Source: Piromyces finnis finn (lineage: Eukaryota; Fungi; Neocallimastigomycota). From it: a stretch of DNA of 64,000 bases. Position 1 is the first letter of the stretch, and each line of letters begins with the position of its first letter. The notes under the pieces are model-generated. The model made no database searches, had not been told where the DNA came from, and saw nothing but the letters and a program-made list of their open reading frames with translations. Location: contig MCFH01000046.1 of assembly GCA_002104945.1 (NCBI GenBank), positions 310,001-374,000 of the forward strand, in the 5' to 3' direction. Shown piece after piece: positions 1 to 21,205 of this stretch. The position numbers were made by a program, and so were the translations under genes.

Positions 1-429
1 TATATATAATTAAGCATTTAAATATGTTTCATTAATTTATTAATTTAAATAAAAATAATCATAGCCTGTAATTATATTCATTTTAAATTAAAATTATTAT
101 ATATAAAATATAAAATATAATAAATAAATTTTTACAATCTAAAGTTTATGATTTATATAATTTATTTGTTAATAGTTATGATTTTTAAAATAATATGTTT
201 GTAAAAATTCAAATTTGAAATAGATAAATATGCTAAATTTAATGATCATAATTGTTTTTCTTTGCTTTATTTCCGTATAGAGTTATTATTAAATTAAGAA
301 AAGTTAAAGCTTATGTATTAAATTAAATTATAAAAGAGAAGTTTTAAAATGTTACTTCTAAAAAACTATAATAAATGACAATATATATATTTTAATTTAT
401 AAATTTTATCTATATCACAAATTCTAAAT

Positions 430-4298
<3,869 letters not shown>

Positions 4299-5159
4299 TT
4301 TAAATTTCTTTTAATTTTGTTTCAATAAATTAAAAAAAAAAAAAATGAATATTCTTATTTTTTTCCTTTTTTTTTATTTTTATTTTTGTTTTATTTTTCT
4401 TTTCTTTTTTTATATATTTTATTGTTTTTTACTTTGTCTTATTTATTTTTATTTTTATTTTTTTATTATTAAAAATTTTATGAAATTATCAAATTTTATA
4501 ATTATTATTTTTTTTTCAGGTTTTTATTTTGTAATTTTATTATTTTTCTGTTTTAACTTTTCTGTTTTCGTTTTTTCTTTTTTTTTAATTCTATTATTAT
4601 TTTTTAATATCAATCACTATTGCTAAGTATTTTAATTACATAACAGCTTTATTATTTTTATTAAATATATAATTTACAAAAAAAGTGAAAATATTTATTG
4701 ATTTGTTTATTTCATATTTATTTTAAAATATATTTCAATATAATATTTATTTGATTTTTCTATTTCTCTAACTTACTTTTTAGAAATAAATTATATTCTA
4801 ATATTCTAATATTTAATTTGTTTAAAATAACGGTTTTTTTTTATTTTGCTTGTTTGCTTTTTTTTTAAAAAAAAAAAAAAATACTACTTTTAAATAATCT
4901 AAATAATAAATTCAAATAATTTTTTATTGAAATATTATATATTTTCTATTACTTAAAATAATTAACATTGACATATATTAATATAGTAAATAATCGTTTT
5001 TCATTAAATGTAATTTCAAAAATGTAAAATTTTATTTTATTTCTATATTTTATTTTTATTTTATTTTAGTTTTTTTTATTATTGTTATGTATATTTCAGT
5101 TATTTATTCGAGTAACTTTTTAATATTTTATTTTAAATATTAATTGAATGTTATTTAAA

Positions 5160-5302
<143 letters not shown>

Positions 5303-6374
5303 TAAACTTAATTAATTTAATCCAATAGAAAAATAATTAAAAATTAATTTAAAATTTTAAAATATATTTCATCCATTTAATAATTAATTATACTTATACT
5401 CAATCATTCAAATTAATATATATTTCTCAATATATTATTATAATTAAAAGTAAAAAAAAATGTTTTTTTATATTTATTTGATAATACAATAATAATATGT
5501 TTATATACACTTTTTACCAAGAATCGACTATATGAAAATTTAAGGTTAATAGATAGAGTAAAATAGTATATAAAAAAAAAAATGAAAAAGATGAATTATT
5601 AATTATTTATTGTAACTTTAATGTTTTATATTGTTTTTCTTTTACTTTATTATTTTTTATTATGGAAATATAAAAATATTACTGATTTCTTATTTTTAAT
5701 TAGTACTTAAAACTATTATTCTTTTAATAAAAATATAGATATATATGATAAATAAAATGATAATAATATTAGCTGATAATTTTTTATACATTCGAGATTT
5801 TAAAATAGTAAGAAAATTGTTTATCTTTTAGTTTGTTTCAATATTCTGTTGACATTAAAGAGTTATTGATTTGAATCTATTAAACATTGAATATCAATTC
5901 AATTTTATTAAACTAGTTATTTTGGCATTTTAATAAAAATTACTATAATTTATATTTATTTTTATTATATCAATTATATAAATTATATTATTAAATTTTT
6001 AATATATATTTTATATTCAATAAAAATAAATTTAAATTTTCAAAACATAATACAAAAAATATTATTTTTTTTTTCTAAAAAAAAGCAAATTTTATAAAAT
6101 CGAAGGTAATAAATTCATTATTATTATAGAAAATGATGAAAGATAGATAGATATAGTATTATATAAAAAGAATTCAAATAAATTGTATTATATTAACATT
6201 TAGTTGATGAAAATAAAGAATAATAAAAGTAATAATATTAAAAATAATAAAAAATAAATTGATAAAATGCAAACAAACAAATTCTTAATAATAAAATAAG
6301 TTAAAAAAAAAAAAAGTAATTTTCATTTTGAAGCTAATTTAATAAGATAAATTGTTGGTTTATTAAGTTATATT

Positions 6375-6379
<5 letters not shown>

Positions 6380-6424
<45 letters not shown>

Positions 6425-6441
6425 AGAGAGAGAGAGAGAGA
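6380..6441. repeat. poly(A) run followed by (AG)n
   Basis: About 40 A followed by about 10 AG units, upstream of the PDI-like gene. Confidence 0.9.
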
Positions 6442-6589
6442 AAGAAGAAAATTACTGTTTTTATAACTTAATATAATTTTAATATTATAAGCTCTAACAA
6501 ATTTAATAAATTTTTAATTATCTAAATTTTTATTTGGTATATACATACTTAGTAACATAAAGTTTTTAAAAATAGGAAATACTTACAGT

Positions 6590-7105
6590 ATGGATTTCAA
6601 GATTCTTAGTTTATTTAGTTTTCTAATATGTATTGTTTCATCATTAAAAGATCTCACATACAAGATAGATAATAATGTTTACGTTGCAACATTAACAAAT
6701 TATGATTCACTTGTTTTGAATAAAAATAAAGATGTCTTTGTTATGTTCTATTCTCCAATCTGCCCATTCTCCCAAAAAGTAAATTTTTCAAATTTCATTT
6801 ATTATATTAGAAAAAAGTCAAAATAGAGATTTAAAAAAGGATAATATAATAATTAAAAAATGTTTTAATTATTTCCTACTTATTAATGTTATGCTTATTA
6901 TCTATTAAATATAAAAAATAAATTTAACAAATTTAAGTTATTGCCAACTTGGGAACAATTAGCTACAAGATTTAAGGCACAATCTGAAGATATTATTTTT
7001 GCCAAATTTGACGGCTCAGAAGTTGATGTACCGGAATCTTCACCATGGATTGAACTTGAAGGTATAAATATAATTGTACTTAAATGGTTTTATATTATCA
7101 CTATC

Positions 7106-7136
<31 letters not shown>

Positions 7137-7582
7137 GAAAAAAAACTACCCAAATATATTACTTTTCTCTTTTTATTATTATATTTTAATTTTTCAATTA
7201 TTTTATTATTCTACATATATTTATATTGATGAAATAGAATTCCCAACTATGGTTTTATTTAAGAAAACTGATATTGATAAAAAGAGTTTTATTATGTATC
7301 CAATTGAAGGTTCACGTACTTTAGCTAATTTAGCTAAATTTATTGAAAGTTTTTCTACCAATAAAAACTATATTACACTTACTAAGGAAGAATTAGATGA
7401 AATTGATAATTATGATGATGTTACTCCATTAGAAATCGATGAAGACGAAGAACTTGATGCTAACGATGTTAAAGTTCTTTTAGATAATATAGATGCTGAT
7501 GCTGGAGAAATTAATGATAGTAACGAAGACGAAAAGGAATTTAACGATGAAGGAACAATTAATGAAAAAAGTAAATATTGTG

Positions 7583-7656
<74 letters not shown>

Positions 7657-7815
7657 TTTCATTATTGTTATAATTTGATATTGCTTCATTTTTTTATTAT
7701 TAAACATTTTTATATTCTTTTTTAAAATTTTTGTTAAAACGTAGATAATGATTCTATTCCACAAACCAAAAATTCTGATATTCCAAAGACCGCAGCTTCT
7801 AAAGATGAACTTTAA
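6590..7815 (+). CDS. ER-resident thioredoxin/PDI-like protein, single Trx domain with CPFS site, acidic tail and KDEL (4 exons, ~238 aa)
   Basis: Exons 6590-6778, 6938-7061, 7238-7570 and 7745-7815 are in frame. Signal peptide, then DVFVMFYSPICPFSQKLLPTWEQLA, FAKFDG, EFPTMVLF and EGSRTLANLAKFI (Trx fold), then a D/E-rich tail ending AASKDEL-stop. Confidence 0.88.
7583..7655. repeat. Intronic (AAT)n microsatellite
   Basis: About 24 AAT units within intron 3 of the PDI-like gene. Confidence 0.95.
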
Positions 7816-8244
7816 TAAAAATAAACAAAAGTATTATTTTAATTTATTAATTTGAAAGTTATAATAACAGGGTAATAAACCAAAATAATATAAATAAAAA
7901 TGATTAATAAATTAAAAATATAATATAAAAATTAAAAAAAAAAAAAAAAAAAATCTTAAATAGAAAAATAAAATTGCATTATATAAAATATAAATTGAAT
8001 GTGTTTAAGCAATAATATTAAGTCTGTATGTTTTAAAATTCTATTTTTTACCTACTAAAGACAAGTATGGAAAAAAAAAAAAAAAAAGATAATATTTGAT
8101 ATCAATGTAAATTAATAAATATCACAATAATTATATCTAATAACGTTTATTATATAATATTAATAATTTAAAATTTGCTACTAATGAAATATTAAAATAT
8201 TTCTTTTATAATATTAATAATTCCAAATATCATTGAATGATCTT

Positions 8245-8316
8245 TCTATAATGTCTTAATTATTTCTTATTTATTAAATAAAATTAATCTATAATGTCTT
8301 AATTATTTCTTATTTA
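8245..8316. repeat. Direct repeat, ~43-nt period
   Basis: TCTATAATGTCTTAATTATTTCTTATTTA occurs at about 8245 and about 8288. Confidence 0.85.
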
Positions 8317-8471
8317 CCGTTTTAATCAAGTTCTTCTGTTCCCTGGCTAGATGGTTTCTTGTTAGATAGAGGTAGAAAATATATTTAATCAATAAAGATT
8401 TTTGGTATAATAATGAAAATATTAAGTTGTTAATAGCTCATGAATACTTATTCTTTGTAATATTTCTAAGA

Positions 8472-8516
<45 letters not shown>

Positions 8517-9155
8517 GAAAATAGAAAGGACATGCCGCTAATCTAATAATATTAAAAAATTATTTATTAAACTTTCTAGGATATTTTCCAAATAATCACC
8601 GATTTTATTAAAATAAAAAAACTTTATTAATTATTGAAAATGTTTTTTTTTTTATATATAAATTATTATATATTTTTAATATTATTAAAGTATATTAAAT
8701 ATATTTTTGAATATATAAAACCATAAATTTATAAATTAAAATAAATTCTTTTGTTTTTTTATAAAATTACACAAAATATAATTTAATTTAATAAATTGAA
8801 TTTATAATATATCATTAACAATATAAATTATTTAATTGAATTATTAATCTATATAAATAATATATTCATTTATAATATTAAATAGATTTATACCAATTTA
8901 ATCTATTTAATTATTGAATTTTTGAATTCATTTCTATTATATAAATAATATATTATTTAATAGATAAAAGAAATTTTTTTTTTTATATTTTTTTTTACTC
9001 TTTTTATTTTATTTTATTTTTATCGTTATAAATAGCTTTTCTATACTTACTTAATGTTATAAAAATTATTTTTAAAATATATTATAATTATTTTAAATAA
9101 AAAAAGCTTAATAGAAAATATATATTCTATTTTTTTAAAAAAAAAAATAGCAATA

Positions 9156-11021
9156 ATGAGATTGAGTGTTACATTCATTTTATTAGCTACTTCAGCTTTA
9201 TGTAAGAGCTTAGCTTATAATAATGGGTATCCTGACTGTCAATTTAGTAATCTTGTATATTATACAGATAATGATGGAGATTGGAGTATTGAAAATAATG
9301 AATGGTGTTTAATACCAAAAAATTTTGCTACATGTTGGGCATCAGCATTAGGCTATCCATGTTGTTCAGGCTCCGATGTTGTATTAATTGATAATGATGG
9401 TGAATGGGGTGTTGAAAACAATGAATGGTGCGGAATAATTAAAAATTTCAGTAGTAATAATAGTATTAATAACAATAGTAATAAGGATGATAATGATAAT
9501 AATAATAATAAAGGAAACGGAAATAATAGCAGCAACATTAGCAACAACAAAAATGATAATAATAGAAGACCTGTTGACCCCTCTGAAACTGCAAAACAGA
9601 ATTATTCTAAACCAGTTGCTTTTCCAGGTGCAGATGGAGGTGGTAAATTTGCTACTGGAGGTCGTGGTGGTGAAGTTGTTTTTGTAACTAATTTAAATGA
9701 TAGTGGACAAGGTTCATTTAGAGATGCAGTAAGTAAATCTAACCGTATTGTCCTTTTTAAAGTCAGTGGTACAGTTGAATTAAAAAGTGATGTTGTTGTT
9801 CAAAGTAATATTACTATTGCTGGACAAACTGCACCAGGTGGTCATGGTATTGTTTTAAAGAATTTTAAGCTTGGTTTTGGTGGCACAAATGTGATTTGTC
9901 GATTTATTGGTTCTAGACCAGGAGAACGAGGTTCAAATGCTGAATATGATGCATGGGGTGGTGCTAAAGGTGCTAATTCTATCGTTGATCATTGTTCCAT
10001 TGGATGGGCTAATGATGAACAATGGGGTCTCTATTCATACACTGATGACTTTACTATTCAATATACAGTTATTGGTCCTGCAAACTCTTTCTCTTATCAT
10101 AAAAAAGGAATTCATGGTTTTGGTATTATGCTTGGACGAAAAAATGTTTCTTATCATCATAATTTAATTGCGCATAACATCTCAAGAAACTTTAGAGGAA
10201 AAATTCCTGATAAAAACACTTGTGATTTTACTAATAATGTTATATATAATTGGGGTTACCAAACAACTTATGGTACTATCGGTCACTTAAACTATGTAGG
10301 AAATACTCTAAAAAAAGGACCATCAACTAAAGGTGGAAATAATTATGTTAGTGTTGCTGATAGTGGTACTAAACCTGAAAATTATTCAATATATTTAACA
10401 GGTAATCGTTTTCTTAATAGTAATAACACTCCATACAATGATTTTAATACATACAATTGGAAGGGAATTACATATAAAGATGGCTCCAAAAATGAGGGAA
10501 ATACAAAATCTAATACACCATTTATTATGCAAAATGGAAGTGATAATTCATCTACTATTGAACATGTTGAATCAGCTGAAAGGGCTTATGATAATGTTTT
10601 AACTTATGCTGGTAATGGTATTTCTTCTGACAAAAGAATATCCATTGATAAACAATGTGCAGCAGAAACAAAGAATGGCACTGGTAGTTTAGTTGGTGCA
10701 CGTCCATACAATGAAGCAAATTCTTCTCAAAAATCAGATATAGATAAATATGGTATTAAATGTGGTGTTAAATTTGAATACCCACCTGCAATCACTAAAT
10801 ATGATATTATAGATACAGATGGTGATGGTATGCCAGATGATTGGGAAATTGCTAGAGGTTTAAATCCAAATAGTAAATATGCTGCTGATGGATCTTTAGA
10901 AAGCAGTGGTGATTATTGTGGAAGAGGTTACACCAATATTGAATATTACTTAAATGATCTAACTATTAATGCTTTTCCATCTGGAATTGTGAAACGCTCG
11001 CCAACTCTTCAAGAAATGTAA
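9156..11021 (+). CDS. Secreted cellulosomal pectate lyase (PL1, bacterial type) with two N-terminal fungal dockerins
   Basis: Intronless 621-aa ORF. Signal peptide, then two dockerin/CBM10-like repeats ([16 protein letters not shown] and [27 protein letters not shown]), then an Asn-rich linker. The PL1 region starts [37 protein letters not shown] and includes [11 protein letters not shown] and [13 protein letters not shown]. The C-terminus has [22 protein letters not shown]. Confidence 0.9.
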   Translation: MRLSVTFILLATSALCKSLAYNNGYPDCQFSNLVYYTDNDGDWSIENNEWCLIPKNFATCWASALGYPCCSGSDVVLIDNDGEWGVENNEWCGIIKNFSSNNSINNNSNKDDNDNNNNKGNGNNSSNISNNKNDNNRRPVDPSETAKQNYSKPVAFPGADGGGKFATGGRGGEVVFVTNLNDSGQGSFRDAVSKSNRIVLFKVSGTVELKSDVVVQSNITIAGQTAPGGHGIVLKNFKLGFGGTNVICRFIGSRPGERGSNAEYDAWGGAKGANSIVDHCSIGWANDEQWGLYSYTDDFTIQYTVIGPANSFSYHKKGIHGFGIMLGRKNVSYHHNLIAHNISRNFRGKIPDKNTCDFTNNVIYNWGYQTTYGTIGHLNYVGNTLKKGPSTKGGNNYVSVADSGTKPENYSIYLTGNRFLNSNNTPYNDFNTYNWKGITYKDGSKNEGNTKSNTPFIMQNGSDNSSTIEHVESAERAYDNVLTYAGNGISSDKRISIDKQCAAETKNGTGSLVGARPYNEANSSQKSDIDKYGIKCGVKFEYPPAITKYDIIDTDGDGMPDDWEIARGLNPNSKYAADGSLESSGDYCGRGYTNIEYYLNDLTINAFPSGIVKRSPTLQEM

Positions 11022-11452
11022 ATATATAATTATTAAAAAAAATAGAAAATAATATCTTAATATTTAAAATGTTATAATTATTATATAATGTAAATATTGA
11101 AAACTTTTTTTTTTTTATCAACGCCTTTGATTTTTAATTTTTAATTACTTATTATCTAATGTTTTATTATTTTTATTATTATTATTTTGACTATTGTTAT
11201 AATTGATAATACATATAAAAAAAAACAAATGATAAAACACTAATTTTTATGATATATTTTTTAATAAAGTATTATTTATTAATACAATTTGTTCAATTTG
11301 TTATTTTAATTAAAAATAAAATTTATTATCAGTATATAATTGAAATTAGCTTTAAAGCAATCTTATCATTTAATTTTACTAGTAAATGATAAAATTTATA
11401 TAAATATACTAAAAAAGATAGTTATATTTGTTGTACTAAACATTAAAATTAT

Positions 11453-15938
<4,486 letters not shown>

Positions 15939-17322
15939 TTTCTATTTATTAATTTTTGAAATATATCACTCTTTCAACTTTCACTACTTTATTATTATTA
16001 AAAAATTATTTCTTATTTAGAAAACTTAAAAATAATAATTTTATAACCTATCCTATTAATATAAAAATAATTTGAAAACTATTTTACTATATTCTTTAAA
16101 TATTTTTTTTTAATTTAAAACATAATATTAAAATATTAGAAATTAGAAATATTTTTTAGAAAAAGGTAACTACTTAAAACGAACATTCATTTTTATAATA
16201 ATTATGAAAATAATTCATATATGAATTAATATAGAAATTTAAATATATTTTTATTATAATTAAACAAAATGTATCATGAAGAGACAAATACATTATATGA
16301 AATTATTATTAAACTTTATAATATAGATTTATTATATAACTATATAACTAATAAAATATATTATTATATTATTTCTTATAACTTTAAAAAAAAAAATTAA
16401 ATAAAAAATAATAAAAAGCACTTGCTATATTTTAAAATATTATAAATATAATATTATGTATATTTATATGTATATGTATATGTATATTTATATAGTGTAT
16501 ATAGTAAATATAAAAGATGTTGTTTATTATTAATCTTTTTAGTTTTTAGTTTGAGCTTTGTAGATTTAAAAAAAAAAAATTGATAATATTTTATAATAAA
16601 ATTATTAATAATTATTTTTATGTATACATTAAAATGATTATTAATAAATTAAAATATTAGAATGTTATTAAATAATTTTATAATTTTATTTATATGAAAT
16701 TAAAAATATATAATATACCTTAACTTTTATGAATAAAATCCAAATTTCATAACATCAAAAAGAAATAGATAAATTCAAAATATCAAAATATTATCAAAAT
16801 AATCCCAATAATAATGTAATAACTTTAATATATATTATTCAAATGTATATAAATTAAATATTAAAATAAAAGTATATCAATTATACATTTAAAATTTAAA
16901 AATTATACTTGAAATCTCACACCAAAGATTTGATAATTCTTAATATTTAAGTAAAAATTATAATAAAGTGAAATTGTTAGAGAAAAGGAATAAAAAGTTT
17001 TTAGTATTAAAAATAAATAATAAATAAATAAATATGCAATTAAAAAGGAAAAAAAAAGGAATAATTAATGAAAAATAATATATAAATTAAACATACATTA
17101 ATTAATAAATTAAAAATAAAAATATATGTAATTTTATTGATAATCAAAATAAAATATTTAAAATAATAATCTTGTGAATATATATATTGCATCAATATTT
17201 AATTATTTAAATAATAAAATAATAATAATACAATAAATATTTCAATTTTATTTCAATTTTATGGTTTAAAATTGTAATTCCATTTTATCGATATGAAAAT
17301 ATTATATTTAATAGTTACGATA

Positions 17323-17358
<36 letters not shown>

Positions 17359-17452
17359 TTTATTTTATTTTATTTAATAAATATATAAAGTCTTTTATAC
17401 TTCGACATAAAATATAAAAAATATAGATAAGACTATTTAATATTTAATAAAC

Positions 17453-18081
17453 ATGTTATTATATGAAGATGTTCAATACATTATACAGTCAGATGTCAAA
17501 CAAAAAAGGTTAATACCTTTGGCTTCATTAAAAGTAAATGATGAATTTCTCGAAAATTTAAAATCAAATCCTGAAAGCATAACTATTCAATTTGGTTCAA
17601 CATGTGTAAGCATTATAATAAAATAATGATATCATAAAATAATTTAATAAAAAAAAAATGAAATCATATTAATAAATAGCAATTACAATATTCATACAAA
17701 AAAACAGAAAATTGTGTCAAATAAGCAAGAATTTGAATTTACAATGGAAAAGGAAGAAAATAGAGTGGAAGTAGATTATGTACAGAGGAATAATTTAAAT
17801 TCAAATTCATTAGAAATGTGTGGACGTTTATCACATACATTAAAAATGAAAAAGAAAATGACTCAACAGGTTGCTGATAAAATAAAAAATACGTATATGG
17901 AGTCAGGAAAAAATAACAAAACGTATATTATATTACATAAAGTATATTGTTATTGTTATTTTTAAATATATACTAAATAAATCCTTTTTATTATAAAATT
18001 TTATAATATATAAAAATGAATAAAAAAAATAAAATAATAACAGGAGTATCGTTTTAGACACTACACAAATATCAAGTATAT

Positions 18082-18128
<47 letters not shown>

Positions 18129-18437
18129 TTTTGGAATTAACTTATAATTAAATATATGAAATAAAAAAAAAAAAAAGATATCAAGAAACAAAATTCAAGG
18201 ATAAAAAATAAAACTCGTTTATATGATGGACCAACAAAATCAAAATTAAGATCAACTTCACCTATTCAACCTGGAGGTTTAGATTTAAGGAAAAGAATTA
18301 TTCATATGATGGCTCCAAAGCCAATAAAATTAGTAAATTTAAGTAAAGTGCTAAGAATTAAAGAATCAACAGAACCTGAATTATTAAATATATTAAATAA
18401 AGTAAATATAATAATGGTTATTAGTTATATATGTTAC

Positions 18438-18526
<89 letters not shown>

Positions 18527-19942
18527 TATTAATATTATTATGTTTATTAATATTATTATGTTTATTATTATTATAATTATTTATAACTAATTTATTAAAT
18601 TAAACAAATTATTAAATGGTATTAAATTATATTATATTTCATTATATTATTAATATTTAATTCATTTTAATAATTCATTATAAGATTTCAACAAAGAATC
18701 AAATAGGTGAATATAAGTTAAATCCTGACATTTATAAGGAAGTAGAATTTCAAACTTGGCATACATGGGATCATAACCAAAGAAATCAAGCTATTGAAAA
18801 TGGAAAGAAAGCATTTGAAGAAATTGATTTACCAGCTTCAGCCCCTGAATGGAATAAATTAATACAAAAGAAGACATTAAATATATCAGCACCTGTAATA
18901 AAACCAGTAAATTCTCTTATTTCAAATACGAATGATATTAATCAAAGAAAAAGTAATCCAATAACAACAGAAAAGCGTGCAACAAAACAATTAATGTCTC
19001 AAATGAAAAGTCGTAATAAAAAAGCAAATGCATCTACAGTAAAAGCAGTAAAAATAAAAAGAAATGAGAATATTCCAATAGCAAACCATTCAGTTCAACA
19101 AGCTCAGGCTCAAGCTCAAGCTGAAAAAAAAGGTATAGAAGAATTAAATGTAAATACTAATAATAACAATATTAATAATCAAGATACAGCAGAAAATGAA
19201 GTTGAGAAAAAGCCTTCAATAAATAAAAGAAATGTTCTAGGAAAGAGTATTATTTCACACAAGGAAATTGATCGTTTACCAAAAATTAAAAAGAAATCAT
19301 TAGCTGAAGTAAAAAAACAAATGGCAGTATCATCATCACAAAATGAAAAAGAAGATATAACTTCACTGTCAGCACCAACTTTGAAAAAGTTGACAAATAA
19401 AAGAAAAAGAATGGATTCTACAATAAATTCAAATCGTAAATAATGAATTTTACTATTTTAATGAAACAATAAAAAAAAAATATTTTAATGTTTATGTTAT
19501 TACATTTTAATATTAACTAAACATTAACTAAACATCTTAATATATATATATAAATATTGATATATTGTATATATAATTTATTATATTTATAGCTAAACCT
19601 AAAAACACTATAACTCCTATAGAACCATTAGTCATTAATGAACCAATATCCACATTTTCTGAATACAATAATATGATTGAAAAATACAATAAGCATCAGC
19701 AGGAACTACAAAAATTAGACAAAAGTATGAAGGAAATAAGTGAATCATATAATAAGAGAAGACGCATTTTAAAAGAATATGATAATACTAACCTCTTAGA
19801 TAGAAAACTATATACAGAATTTAAAGAAAAAGCAGAAGAATTATTAATGATAAAAAATCAATATAATTCAATATATAATAATCTCCAACAAATAAAAGAA
19901 AAATTAGAACTTGCAAAAGATAATCTAATCAACTCAATATAA
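17453..19942 (+). CDS. ELL: RNA polymerase II elongation factor ELL homolog (multi-exon)
   Basis: The spliced product begins MLLYEDVQY. The central winged-helix-like segment is LRKRIIHMMAPKP..YKLNPDIYKEVEFQTWHTW..RNQAIENGKKAF. The C-terminal helical occludin/ELL-like segment is PISTFSEYNNMIEKYNK..YNSIYNNLQQIKEKL. Confidence 0.72.
18438..18526. repeat. Intronic (TTA)n microsatellite
   Basis: About 29 units inside an ELL intron. Confidence 0.9.
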
Positions 19943-20414
19943 TTATTTCAAATTACATTTTATTTAATCATGATTAAAATAATTCAGATATAATATTAAA
20001 GAAGAAGAAAAAAAAGTTCCATAATAGAAATACATGCTTTATAAGATGATATAATATAACCGATAATAAAAATTCATTGTAAAATATCTAATATATATAA
20101 TTTAGCAATATGTATATAATAATATAATTGTAACTATTATCCATTAATAAAATTCTATTAAATATTTTAAATTAAATATAAATTATTAAAATATTTATTA
20201 GTTGTAGTATTCTTGTTTTCATTTAAATTTTACTTTTAAATAACATTGTTTTCTTTATATATATATATAATTCAGATTATATATAGTGAATAATAACTAA
20301 TAAATTGTTCATGATAACGCTAACATAACAAATCATAAATAACAATTCAAATTGTTATCTTTTTTTAAAAAAAACAAAAAAAATAAAAAAAAGAGTTTAC
20401 TTTCTAAATGATAT

Positions 20415-21163
20415 CTATATTTCTTTTTTTACAGCTGATAATGGAGTCGATATCGGTGTTGATTCTTTACTATCTTTACAACTACTTGAATATAATATCG
20501 GTGGTCTATATTCACATAAAGCGTAAAGCAAATTTCTTTCAGTATATCTTACTCGATATACTGGTGAAGATTTTGTTAAGAATAGATTTATCATCTCTTT
20601 GGATATTCTATTATATATAAATTAAATATTTAATGAAATATTAATATTTTATGTATTATCATATAATAATAGTAATAATAAAAGTAAATATAATATATAT
20701 ATATATATATATATATACTTTTTATCTTCATTCCTTTTATTTAACGGGTTTAGCTGTTTCATTAAATCAGATGTACTAACTTGAAGATTAAATGATTTAG
20801 TAGAATCTGCTTTATCTTTTATAATAATACATTAATTAATATAAATATTTATTCTTAATATTAATATAATACATATTATAAAAATATTATAAAAAGTATA
20901 ACATACTTGTATTATCATCAGGTTTTTGTCTAATATTATCAATATCCCAAAGTCTAACAGTATTGTCGCTACTACCTGATGCCAAGATTCTTCCATTTTC
21001 ATTAAAATCTAAGGAATATATAGTATCATCATGACCTTCAAACGTTTTTATACAATTTCCTGATCCAATATCCCATATTTTAATAGTTTTATCTTCACCT
21101 AATAAATAATAAATGAATCATTTAAGTTTTTTAATTTTTAAATTAAAGGACTTGTTTAATATA

Positions 21164-21205
<42 letters not shown>

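Noticed and set aside
4345-4626. 93-aa F/Y/L-rich ORF
   Set aside because: Produced by a T-rich tract just upstream of IRE1, with no coding-like complexity.
7480-7764. Poly-Ile ORFs on both strands (also 13330-13611 poly-Ile/Tyr and the poly-Leu end of 18306-18590)
   Set aside because: Translations of intronic AAT/TAT microsatellites.
8320-8600. Slightly GC-richer patch that might be a gene or transposon fragment
   Set aside because: All frames are interrupted within about 30 codons and no motif is recognisable.
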